Positions 8,369 to 16,920 are shown, numbered from the stretch's first letter. The stretch: 42,096 bases of DNA from a virus (IMGVR_UViG_3300017646_000170:1-42096); one strand, 5' to 3'. Numbers and translations: made by a program. Notes: generated from the letters alone by a model not told the origin.

Positions 8369-9530
8369 CGTCCTCATCTCCGACGTTGGGGCGGCAAAAT
8401 CCCTGATCCTTGAGCCAGCGGTCGATCAGATCGCTGTCGGCATCACGGTCATAGCGCGCGAGGCTCGGCGGGAGAATGGCAACCGTCCGCTCCTTGCCAT
8501 CCCCATCGAACTTGACCTTGAAAACGGCCCGGTCGATGGAACCGCCCGCAAGGCGCCGCTCCCAATTGTCGTCCCAGGCCATGAAGAGGTCGTTCGCCTT
8601 GCGCACCTCCTTCTCCTTGGCCTTTCCGCCCCAGAAGCGTTCGATTTCGATCAGGCGCACCTTGACGATCTCGGAGACAGTGTCGTTGTCGAGCGATTTC
8701 TCGCCCTTCTCCAGCAGCGGATCAAGGGTGAAGCGGTTCGAGCGATCGAAGTACTCCTCGTCCCCGAAGATGACCCCGCCGAACGTCCGCAGGTAGAGCT
8801 CGGTCTCGCCTTTCGTCCCTGCATTGACGGCAAGTTCGTCAGACTCGCCGTCATAGATGACGACGTCGTGCTTCTGCGGTCGGTAGTAGGCGATCCCCGA
8901 CCCGCCATCATCCTGATGTCGCCCCTCGCGCCGCATCGGCTCGCCATGCCGGACCATGAACCACGTCTTCGTCCCGCGCGGAAAAGCAAAAACCCGCGAG
9001 CCCTTGCCGCGGCGTTTGCGGTCGAACCACTCGTCCATCTGCTCCTGAATGATCGCGGTCTGTTCGCCAGTCGGGTCCGGAGCCGGTCGCGGCTTGCCGC
9101 TGTGCCCCGCGAAATAGATGAAACGCGAACGTGTGAATGCCACGGTCTCGGCATGCTGACGTCGCAGCAGATCAGGTTTCTGGAGCCAGATCTGCAGGGC
9201 GATGTCCGCATCGGATGGTTCCTCACCGGCCTCGATCGTGAGACCAGCCCGTCCTGCCGCCTCGATCAACTCCTCGGCGGTTTCCTTGGTCGCGGTCTCG
9301 TGCACGTAGAAAAGGGCGTCGACCATTTCGGGCGGCACGTTTTCGTCGGGCTTCATCAACACTGCAGCAAGATCGTCGTAGGGAAAATCCTCATCCGCTT
9401 CGACCGGAAGTTCAAAACCCCGCGCCGAAAAATATTCCGCCCACGTCGCGAAGAACTTCAGTAGGTGCTTCGGCGAAATGCTCTTGAGGCGATCAGGGTT
9501 GGTGAAGCTTCTCGGGTTGAATGACGCCAT
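8340..9530 (-). CDS. Hypothetical protein (396 aa)
   Basis: Long ORF with protein-like composition, GGAG RBS and acidic tail; no motif recognised. Confidence 0.82.
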   Translation of the reverse strand: MASFNPRSFTNPDRLKSISPKHLLKFFATWAEYFSARGFELPVEADEDFPYDDLAAVLMKPDENVPPEMVDALFYVHETATKETAEELIEAAGRAGLTIEAGEEPSDADIALQIWLQKPDLLRRQHAETVAFTRSRFIYFAGHSGKPRPAPDPTGEQTAIIQEQMDEWFDRKRRGKGSRVFAFPRGTKTWFMVRHGEPMRREGRHQDDGGSGIAYYRPQKHDVVIYDGESDELAVNAGTKGETELYLRTFGGVIFGDEEYFDRSNRFTLDPLLEKGEKSLDNDTVSEIVKVRLIEIERFWGGKAKEKEVRKANDLFMAWDDNWERRLAGGSIDRAVFKVKFDGDGKERTVAILPPSLARYDRDADSDLIDRWLKDQGFCRPNVGDEDDDVGVLEDD

Positions 9531-9566
9531 GCGCGACGCGGCTCCAGGGTGAATCGGGGAAATTTC

Positions 9567-9595
9567 AGGCTATCGGCAGAGTTGTGAACGCACAA
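9567..9595 (-). promoter_or_regulatory. Sigma70-like promoter TTGTGC-N17-TAGCCT
   Basis: 17-bp spacing; -10 ends about 36 bp upstream of the ATG at 9530. Confidence 0.55.
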
Positions 9596-9601
9596 GTCCA
9601 T

Positions 9602-9616
9602 GTTCCCGAAGTGTTC
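9602..9616. promoter_or_regulatory. LexA (SOS) box, alphaproteobacterial type GTTC-N7-GTTC
   Basis: GTTC-CCGAAGT-GTTC is an exact consensus match in the divergent intergenic region. Confidence 0.75.
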
Positions 9617-9628
9617 CGAACCGCACAT

Positions 9629-9659
9629 CCGACAGTCAGGACAGCCAGCCGGTAGGTGA
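9629..9659 (+). promoter_or_regulatory. Putative phage-sigma promoter, right copy: CCGACAGTC-N10-GCCGGTAGGTGA
   Basis: Twin of 6432-6462; points into the replication operon. Confidence 0.7.
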
Positions 9660-9758
9660 GGAGAGCATCTGGAGCTCTCCCATGACCACAATCCCCTTCG
9701 CGCGCCGCGCTGACATCCATCCATGCCCGCATGCGGCCCCGGCACATGAGGGCTGCGC

Positions 9759-9965
9759 ATGATCGATCCCGACGAACGCGAACAGGCAGCCCTGCGCGCC
9801 GCCCTCCGCAACATGGCCGAACTCATGGCAGAGATCGGATGGACCACGCGGTTCGCCGATCTCAGCGAAGAACATGCGCTCGCACTCGCGACGGCCGCTG
9901 TCGACGGGTTCCAGGAGGCGATGCAGACCAGCGCGCCCCGGCCCGATCCGGAGGTGCCTTTCTGA
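9759..9965 (+). CDS. Small phage protein (DUF6511-like)
   Basis: 68 aa, MAEIGW..R..DLS motif, ends EVPF; TGATG coupling to the nuclease. Confidence 0.75.
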   Translation: MIDPDEREQAALRAALRNMAELMAEIGWTTRFADLSEEHALALATAAVDGFQEAMQTSAPRPDPEVPF

Positions 9966-10711
9966 TGGGCGCCGGTTTCGACTTCAACCATCGGGAGAAG
10001 CCGCCCAGTTTCGCGGACGCCGTCAATGCCTGCATCGACACCGCCCTCGTGGCGGAACAGGCCGGACGGCCCCAACGCGACTATCTCGGAGGCAGCCGGC
10101 TGGGCGACATCTGCCAGCGTAGGCTACAATACGAATACCTGAGGGCGCCGAAGGACCCAAGTGCCGGGTTCTCGGGCCAGTCCCTTCGGATCTTCGCGCT
10201 CGGGCACGTTCTCGAGGACCTGGCCATCGCTTGGCTGCGCCAGGCCGGGTTCGACCTTCGCACGCGCAATCGCCATGGCGATCAGTTCGGCTTCTCGGTC
10301 GTGGGAGGACGAGTGCAGGGCCATGCCGACGGGGTCATCGTCGGCGCCCTGAACGGCATGGCGGTTCCGGCGCTCTGGGAGTGCAAGTCGGCGAACGCCA
10401 AGAACTGGAGGGAAATCGCGAAGCACGGTGTCGGAAAGGCCAAGCCGGTCTATGCCGCGCAAATCGCGCTCTACCAGGCCTATCTCGGCCTGACCGAGGC
10501 GCCCGCGCTCTTCACGGCGATCAACAAGGACACGTGCGAGATCTGGCACGAACTCGTGCCGTTCGATGCCGCACTCGCCCAGTCCGCCAGCGACAAGGCG
10601 GTGACGATCCTGCGCGCCTGTGATGCGGGCGAACTTCTTCCCCGCCACACGGCCGACCCCGACCACTTCGAATGCCGCTTCTGTGCGTGGCGGGAACGGT
10701 GCTGGGCATGA
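9965..10711 (+). CDS. PD-(D/E)XK exonuclease, Cas4-like
   Basis: GHADG...WECKS, YAAQIALY; N-terminal Cys plus C-terminal CRFC.....C (Fe-S ligand pattern). Confidence 0.85.
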   Translation: MGAGFDFNHREKPPSFADAVNACIDTALVAEQAGRPQRDYLGGSRLGDICQRRLQYEYLRAPKDPSAGFSGQSLRIFALGHVLEDLAIAWLRQAGFDLRTRNRHGDQFGFSVVGGRVQGHADGVIVGALNGMAVPALWECKSANAKNWREIAKHGVGKAKPVYAAQIALYQAYLGLTEAPALFTAINKDTCEIWHELVPFDAALAQSASDKAVTILRACDAGELLPRHTADPDHFECRFCAWRERCWA

Positions 10712-13065
10712 CGGTCCCGTCCGATACCATCGCGCCCGACGACATCGCGCCCGACGCCGAAATGATCGCGATCTATGCCGACGTCGTGTTCGGCTACTGC
10801 GACGGCTGGGTGCCGGTCCGTGCTCTGGCCGAGAAAGGCGCGGGCGATGGTCCGCCACATGTTCCCTTCATCGAAGCGGACGCCACGCTCGCCGCGAAAC
10901 TCGCGCTTCAGGCGACATGGGCGAGCGACGCCGGCATGGCCCTGTTCGTGGCCCCCGGCACTGTCGCGGCTCCCGGCGACGCGCGGGCGGAGAGCATCGT
11001 CCAGACGCAGGTGGTGCTGGTCGATCTCGACCATGGCGACATCGGCGCGAAGCGCGACCATCTTGTGCAGCACCTCGGTTGCCCGACACTCGAAGTCGCG
11101 TCCGGTGGTGTCACCGCCGAGGGCCAGCGCAAGCTGCACCTCTACTGGCGTCTGACCGAGCCTGCCGAAGGCGGCGACATCGCCACGGTCTGCCGCGCCC
11201 GGCACATGATCGCCGCGAAGGTCGGCGGTGACCCGTCATTCCGGTCCGCGCACCAGCCGATCCGCGTGGCGGGATCGATCCACGCCAAACAGGGCCTTCG
11301 GCGGCTGGTGCAGATCCTGAACCACGATCCTCGCGATCACGACCTTGGCGAGCTGCTCGAAGCGATCATCGCGATGCCGCCGCTCGAAGGCGAGAACGGG
11401 CTCGACTTCAACATGGCCGCCACCGAGCGCGGCAGCGTGACCGAGCTGTTCGGCCGCCAGGTTCGCGAAGGCGGCGTGGATGGCACTACGCGGTTCGACG
11501 CACTGTCGCGCGTGATCGGTTACTGGATCCGCCGTGCCCGCGAAGGCCACGTGCCGCGCGAACAGGCGTGGGAGGAAATCGTCTCCTACAACACGGCCCG
11601 CGTTGCCCCTCCCTGGCCGGAGGATCGGCTGCGCGAGGAAGCCGAACGCCTCTGGAAACGCGACGCCGCCCGAAACGGCGAGATCGATGACGAGGATGAC
11701 GGTCCCGATGGCGGCGGCCCTGCTGGCGGGGGGCATGATGGGCCGGTGCCGGTGCGCTTCACCGAGGATGCGCTCGCCGCAACCTTCGCAGCCCGACATG
11801 CCGAAACATGGCGCTACGTCGCCGGCTGGGGGCAATGGCTGACCTGGTCGGGCAAGCTCTGGCGGCGCGAGGAGACGCTGCAGGCCTTCGATCTGGCCCG
11901 GATGATCTGCCGCGAGGCGGCGGCGCGCGCCGGGTCTGCGCGACTGAAGGCGAAGCTTTCAAGCGCCGCGACAGTGTCCGCCGTGGAGCGGCTTGCCCGT
12001 TCCGACCGTCGCCACGCAACCACGACCGAGCCGTGGGATCGCGATCCCTGGCTATTGAACACGCCTGGCGGCGTGGTCGACCTGCGCAGCGGCGCGTCGC
12101 TGCTGCACGACCCCGGCCTCTTCATGACTCGCATCGCCGGGGCATCGGTCGCCGACGCTTGCCCGGTCTGGCTCGGGTTTCTCGAAACCGTCACGGGCGG
12201 GGACGGCGAACTGCAATCCTACCTGCAGCGCATGGCGGGCTACTGCCTGACGGGCGTGACCACCGAGCACGCTCTGTTCTTTCTCTACGGCACCGGCGCA
12301 AACGGGAAATCGGTCTTCGCCAACACCCTGACCGCCATCCTCGGCGACTACGCCACCGTCGCGCCGATGGACATGTTCATGGCCACGCAGGGTGATCGCC
12401 ACCCGACCGACATGGCCGGGCTGCGCGGGGCGCGCATCGTCACGTCCATCGAAACGGAACAGGGCAGCCGCTGGGCCGAGAGCAAGCTGAAGGCGCTGAC
12501 AGGAGGCGACAAGATCACGGCCCGCTTCATGCGGCAGGATTTCTTCGAGTTCATCCCGCAGTTCAAGCTGCTGATCGTCGGCAACCACAAGCCTTCAATC
12601 CGCAACGTCGACGAGGCGATGAAGCGGCGCCTGCACATGGTGCCGTTCACGGTCACCATCCCGCCCGCACGGCGCGACAAGCACCTGGCCGATAGGCTGC
12701 TCGCCGAACGCGACGGGATCCTCGCATGGGCGCTCGAGGGCTGCATCGAATGGCAGCGGACAGGGCTGCGCCCTCCGCCCGCCGTGATGGCTGCGACTGA
12801 GGATTACTTCGAGGCCGAGGACGCCATCGGTCGCTGGATCGACGAGCGCTGCTCTGTCGGGTTGCACCTCAGCGCCAGCACCTCCGCGATGTTCGCCGAC
12901 TGGAAGGCGTGGGCCGATGCGAACGGCGAGTTCGCAGGCTCGGTCAAGCGCTTCTCGGAGGCCCTGATCGTCCGGGGATTCGAGCGTCACAACACCCGCG
13001 CCGCGAAGGGATTCCGGGGCATCGCCCTCGATGACAGCAACTCTGACCTTTTCTCGGGAGAATAG
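10708..13065 (+). CDS. P4-family primase / SF3 (D5-like) helicase
   Basis: N-terminal primase-like DLD and HLYW motifs; YGTGANGKS, KALTGGD, ARFMRQDFFEF, GNHKP. Confidence 0.93.
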   Translation: MTVPSDTIAPDDIAPDAEMIAIYADVVFGYCDGWVPVRALAEKGAGDGPPHVPFIEADATLAAKLALQATWASDAGMALFVAPGTVAAPGDARAESIVQTQVVLVDLDHGDIGAKRDHLVQHLGCPTLEVASGGVTAEGQRKLHLYWRLTEPAEGGDIATVCRARHMIAAKVGGDPSFRSAHQPIRVAGSIHAKQGLRRLVQILNHDPRDHDLGELLEAIIAMPPLEGENGLDFNMAATERGSVTELFGRQVREGGVDGTTRFDALSRVIGYWIRRAREGHVPREQAWEEIVSYNTARVAPPWPEDRLREEAERLWKRDAARNGEIDDEDDGPDGGGPAGGGHDGPVPVRFTEDALAATFAARHAETWRYVAGWGQWLTWSGKLWRREETLQAFDLARMICREAAARAGSARLKAKLSSAATVSAVERLARSDRRHATTTEPWDRDPWLLNTPGGVVDLRSGASLLHDPGLFMTRIAGASVADACPVWLGFLETVTGGDGELQSYLQRMAGYCLTGVTTEHALFFLYGTGANGKSVFANTLTAILGDYATVAPMDMFMATQGDRHPTDMAGLRGARIVTSIETEQGSRWAESKLKALTGGDKITARFMRQDFFEFIPQFKLLIVGNHKPSIRNVDEAMKRRLHMVPFTVTIPPARRDKHLADRLLAERDGILAWALEGCIEWQRTGLRPPPAVMAATEDYFEAEDAIGRWIDERCSVGLHLSASTSAMFADWKAWADANGEFAGSVKRFSEALIVRGFERHNTRAAKGFRGIALDDSNSDLFSGE

Positions 13066-13069
13066 GAAA

Positions 13070-13708
13070 ATGCCAATGAATTCAGAGAGTGTGACGGATG
13101 TGACGGATCATACCTATAAGACCGTTACGCGCGCGCATGTGCGCGCCTGTGGAGCGGATAGGGAACCATCCGTCACATCCGTCACATCCGTCACACCCGT
13201 CACCAACCCTCCGGTTCGGATGGAGGACGGTGGCGGACTGCTTCCCTGCATCCTCGCGCTCGACCTCGGCACCTCGACCGGCTGGGCGATCCGCGGCCAT
13301 GACGGCCTGATCACCAGCGGCACCGTCTCGCTGCGCCCCGGCCGCTTTGACGGCGGCGGCATGCGCTATCTGCGCTTCACCAACTGGCTGACCGAGATCG
13401 ACCGGCTGTCGGGGCCCGTCGCCGCGATCTGGTTCGAGGAGGTCCGCCGCCACGCGGGCACCGACGCGAGCCATATCTACGGCGGTCTCATGGCCACGCT
13501 GACCGCATGGGCGGAACTGCGCGGCGTGCCCTACGAGGGCGTCCCGGTCGGCACGATCAAGCGTCATGCCGCAGGCAAGGGCAACGCCGACAAGGCCGCC
13601 ATGGTCGCCGCCGTCCGCGCCCGCGGTTTCAGCCCCGCCGACGACAACGAGGCCGACGCCATCGCGCTCCTGCTCTGGGCGATCGAGACGAACGGGGGTG
13701 TCGCATGA
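13070..13708 (+). CDS. RuvC-like Holliday junction resolvase
   Basis: ILALDLG..TGWA, FEEV, TIK..A.GKGNA.K, DNEADAIALL; start uncertain (a downstream ATG near 13220 is possible). Confidence 0.8.
   Translation: MPMNSESVTDVTDHTYKTVTRAHVRACGADREPSVTSVTSVTPVTNPPVRMEDGGGLLPCILALDLGTSTGWAIRGHDGLITSGTVSLRPGRFDGGGMRYLRFTNWLTEIDRLSGPVAAIWFEEVRRHAGTDASHIYGGLMATLTAWAELRGVPYEGVPVGTIKRHAAGKGNADKAAMVAAVRARGFSPADDNEADAIALLLWAIETNGGVA
13092..13202. repeat. Inverted arrays of 9-bp iterons (putative replication origin)
   Basis: TGACGGATG and TGACGGATC (13092-13109) face CATCCGTCA x3 plus CACCCGTCA (13167-13202) around a GCGCGC-ATGT-GCGCGC core. Confidence 0.7.
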
Positions 13709-13905
13709 GATGGCACCCCCATGGCTACGGCGGCCGACGCCGCGATCCCGAGCAGGTGAAGCGCGAGGGCTGGCAGGAACAGGGCGTCCTCGCGGTCTCC
13801 GCCGACGACGACCGCCTCACCTGGCCCGAGCGTGAACTGGTCCGCCAGCTGGGCGAGAAGCTCTACGGCCCGCGCCCTGCCGACGGGGAGGCGCGCCATG
13901 GCTGA
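13705..13905 (+). CDS. Small hypothetical phage protein
   Basis: 66 aa MRWHPHGYGG...LYGPR; overlaps both neighbours. Confidence 0.72.
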   Translation: MRWHPHGYGGRRRDPEQVKREGWQEQGVLAVSADDDRLTWPERELVRQLGEKLYGPRPADGEARHG

Positions 13906-14278
13906 TCGCGAATGGACCGCCGATTGCGTCGCCGATCATTTCGAGGAGGCGTTCCGCACCCTGCGCAAGCTTCCGCCGGTGAAGGCGCAGGGCTACTTCA
14001 ACACCTGGCCCGACATCGCGCGGACCAGCCGCGAGATCGCGGCGATGGAGCCGCAGCCGATGCGGGTCTGGCCCTCGGCCGCCGCGATCACCCGGCTCGA
14101 GCAGACCTTCGACTGGGCGCTCTGGATCGAGGAGGCGGAGCGCAAGCTGGTCTGGTCCCGCGCGGCCCGCGTGCCGTGGAAGCAGATCAGCGGCGAGCTC
14201 GGCTGCGACCGCACGACCGCATGGCGTCGCTGGCAGCTGGCGCTGACCAAGATCGCTGCGCGCCTGAATGCGCAGTGA
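13898..14278 (+). CDS. HTH protein (DUF6362-like), putative late-gene regulator
   Basis: C-terminal WKQISGELGCDRTTAWRRW HTH; last early gene, in the position of Q/RinA-type regulators. Confidence 0.75.
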   Translation: MADREWTADCVADHFEEAFRTLRKLPPVKAQGYFNTWPDIARTSREIAAMEPQPMRVWPSAAAITRLEQTFDWALWIEEAERKLVWSRAARVPWKQISGELGCDRTTAWRRWQLALTKIAARLNAQ

Positions 14279-14346
14279 CTCCAATGTGTTGCAACACTTT
14301 TCCCTTCGACATCTGCAACAGATCCATGCTATTCCGAAGGCAAGAT

Positions 14347-14381
14347 GGGGAGAGTGCGCTGGAAAGCTCGCTCTCCCCTTT
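14347..14381 (+). terminator. Hairpin or terminator after the putative late promoter
   Basis: GGGGAGAG...CTCTCCCC stem followed by only TTT. Confidence 0.45.
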
Positions 14382-14695
14382 GCGTTGACGGGGGCCACCT
14401 GGACCCCGGTATCCAGCGAGGGTCCGGCCGGGGTCCATCCCACGGCAGTTTCCGGTTCCTTCCTGGCGATATTCGTATGCTGGCGGGCGAAGCGCGGGAC
14501 ATCGCCAGCGACAGGGCCGGATTTTTGGGAAGCCACCCGGAAGCCGGAGCCTCGCGCGCCCCGCGCAAACACCAATAAACGCTGGCCTTCCGACCGGACA
14601 CCGATGGTGGCCGCTGGACCCCGTGTGGAGTCCGGCCCGGCATCCGGAGTCCGGAAGCCACCGGCATCCACCCGCCCCAAGGAACCTTGCCCACC

Positions 14696-16072
14696 ATGAC
14701 ACTGAGCTTCGCCCCGGACGCGATCGAGACGTGGCCGCTGTCGCGCCTCCAGCCCTACGCGAAGAACGCGAAGGTACATGGCGCCGACCAGGTCGCGAAG
14801 ATCGCCGCCAGCATGGCCGAGTTCGGCTGGACCGTGCCCTGCCTCGTCGCCGATCACGGCGAGCTGATCGCGGGCCACGGGCGCGTGCTGGCGGCAACCC
14901 AGCTGGGACTGACCGAAGCGCCGGTCATCGTGCTCGGGCACCTGACTGAGGCGCAGCGCCGGGCTTACAGGATCGCGGACAACAAGCTGACCGAACTGGG
15001 CACTTGGGACGAGGCGCTGCTGTCGGCGGAACTGAACGATTTGCTGACCGAGGATTTCGACCTGTCGCTGGTCGGCTTCTCCGATGGTGAGCTGGACAAG
15101 CTGCTGACCTTCGTGCCGGAGGGGGACGGGGAAGACGGTGGCGCCGGGGGCTCAGTGCCTCCGGTGAGCATCCCCGAACCGCCGCGCAACCCGGCATCGC
15201 GCACGGGCGATCTATGGATCCTCGGTGACCATCGCCTGCTCTGCGGTGACAGCACCAGCGCGGCCGATGTGCGCCGCTTAATGAACGGCGAGCGGGCGAT
15301 CCTGTTCGCGACCGACCCACCGTATCTCGTCGACTACGACGGCTCGAACCATCCGACGCGGAACAAGGACTGGTCGGCCTCCTACGGCACTACCTGGGAT
15401 GATAGCAGCCAAGGCGCCGAGCTCTACGACGGCTTCATCGCTGCGGCGGTCACCGAGGCGATCGCCGAGGACGCGGCCTGGTACTGCTGGCATGCCTCCC
15501 GCCGCCAGGCGATGCTGGAGGCCTGCTGGGAAAAGGCCGGCGCCTTCGTCCATCAGCAGATCATCTGGGTGAAGGATCGCGGCGTCCTGACCCGGTCCCA
15601 CTACCTCTGGAAGCACGAGCCCTGCTTCATGGGCTGGCGCCGTCCGAACCGCCCGCCGAAGGTCGCCGAGCAGACGCTGCCCTCGACGTGGGAGATGCCC
15701 AGCTTCGCCAAGGACGAGCGGCCCGATCACCCGACGCCGAAGCCGCTCGACGCCTTCGGCATCCCGATGCGCCAGCATGTCACCCGTGGTGGCCTCTGCT
15801 ACGAGCCGTTCTCCGGCTCCGGCTCGCAGATCATGGCGGGCGAGGCCAATAGCCGCCGCGTCTTCGCAATGGAGATCAGCCCCGCCTATGTCGATGTCGC
15901 CGTGGAACGCTGGCAGGCCGAGACCGGCAAGGAAGCGGTCCTCGACGGTGACGGGCGGACCTTCGCGCAGGTGAGAACCGAGCGGCTGGGCGACGATGCC
16001 GACGCCCGGGCCGATACGCCGGACACGGACGCCGCCCCCGAACCCGCGCGCAAGCGCAAGACCGCCGCATGA
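14696..16072 (+). CDS. ParB-like domain fused to an N6/N4 DNA methyltransferase
   Basis: IAGHGR and YRIADNKL (ParB-N); DPPY precedes HPTPKP and EPFSGSGS (beta-class order). Confidence 0.92.
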   Translation: MTLSFAPDAIETWPLSRLQPYAKNAKVHGADQVAKIAASMAEFGWTVPCLVADHGELIAGHGRVLAATQLGLTEAPVIVLGHLTEAQRRAYRIADNKLTELGTWDEALLSAELNDLLTEDFDLSLVGFSDGELDKLLTFVPEGDGEDGGAGGSVPPVSIPEPPRNPASRTGDLWILGDHRLLCGDSTSAADVRRLMNGERAILFATDPPYLVDYDGSNHPTRNKDWSASYGTTWDDSSQGAELYDGFIAAAVTEAIAEDAAWYCWHASRRQAMLEACWEKAGAFVHQQIIWVKDRGVLTRSHYLWKHEPCFMGWRRPNRPPKVAEQTLPSTWEMPSFAKDERPDHPTPKPLDAFGIPMRQHVTRGGLCYEPFSGSGSQIMAGEANSRRVFAMEISPAYVDVAVERWQAETGKEAVLDGDGRTFAQVRTERLGDDADARADTPDTDAAPEPARKRKTAA

Positions 16073-16293
16073 AGCAGTCCCGCCTCATGTCGCTGGTCGA
16101 GTCCGTCGCCAACGTGATCGTCGGCTACGGCGTCGCCGTGGTCACGCAGATCCTGATCTTCCCGATCTTCGGGCTGCACACGACGCTGGCGCAGAACCTG
16201 AAGATGGGTGCGGTGTTCACCGTGGTGAGCATCGCGCGGTCCTTCGCGCTGCGGCGGCTGTTTGAGGCGATCCGGATGCGGAGCGCCAAATGA
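16069..16293 (+). CDS. Small membrane protein
   Basis: 74 aa, two hydrophobic segments; ATGA-coupled to the methyltransferase. Confidence 0.78.
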   Translation: MKQSRLMSLVESVANVIVGYGVAVVTQILIFPIFGLHTTLAQNLKMGAVFTVVSIARSFALRRLFEAIRMRSAK

Positions 16294-16297
16294 TCGC

Positions 16298-16321
16298 CCG
16301 CCGCCCCGGGGGGGGCGGCGG
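16298..16321. terminator. GC-rich hairpin between convergent genes
   Basis: CCGCCGCCCC-GGGG-GGGGCGGCGG; no U-tract. Confidence 0.45.
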
Positions 16322-16347
16322 CCATCAGATTGTCGGGGTCCGGTGCG

Positions 16348-16920
16348 TCAGGCGGCGGGGAGTCTGTACACGCGCCCTCGGTTTTCGACCTTCTCCGAGG
16401 TCACCTCGAGCCCGAGTTTCTTCTTCAGCGCCCCGGCCATCGCGCCCCGCACCGTGTGCGACTGCCAGCCCGTCGCGGCCATGATCTCCTCGATGGTCGC
16501 GCCGTCCGGCGCGTGCAGCATGGCGATCAGAGTGGCCTGTTTGGTGCCCTCGCGCGGCGTCCGCGTCTTGGGCGCGGTCTCGGCCCCGGTGGGGTTGTCC
16601 GGCGCAGGCTCCTTGGTCGGCGCGTCCGTCGCGCTCGCAGGCGCGGTGTTCGCGTCCTCGGGCTCGATGCCGATGGCGGCGAGGCCTGCGTCGGTGGCGA
16701 CCAGCGTGACGCCGTGGCCGTCGCCGGTCTCGCGCCAGACGGGCTCGACCTTGCGCATGTCGGCGTCGACCTCCTGCAGGAACCCCTTCGCGAGCATCGC
16801 GCCCACCACCTTGGCGGCGGCCCCGCCACGCAGGCTCTCGGGCAGCGGCAGGGCGATGTGCTCGGGCCGCTGGGCGGCGGCGCTCAGGATCAGGGCTTGG
16901 GTGTCGGAAAGCTTGGTCAT
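16348..16920 (-). CDS. DUF3489-family winged-helix protein
   Basis: TKQATLIAML..PDGATIEEI..ATGWQSHTVRGAMAG.LKKKLGL. Confidence 0.85.
   Translation of the reverse strand: MTKLSDTQALILSAAAQRPEHIALPLPESLRGGAAAKVVGAMLAKGFLQEVDADMRKVEPVWRETGDGHGVTLVATDAGLAAIGIEPEDANTAPASATDAPTKEPAPDNPTGAETAPKTRTPREGTKQATLIAMLHAPDGATIEEIMAATGWQSHTVRGAMAGALKKKLGLEVTSEKVENRGRVYRLPAA

Noticed and set aside
9965-10711. Cas4-like nuclease as evidence of CRISPR-Cas
   Set aside because: Solo Cas4-like exonucleases are normal phage recombination genes; no cas1/cas2 or array
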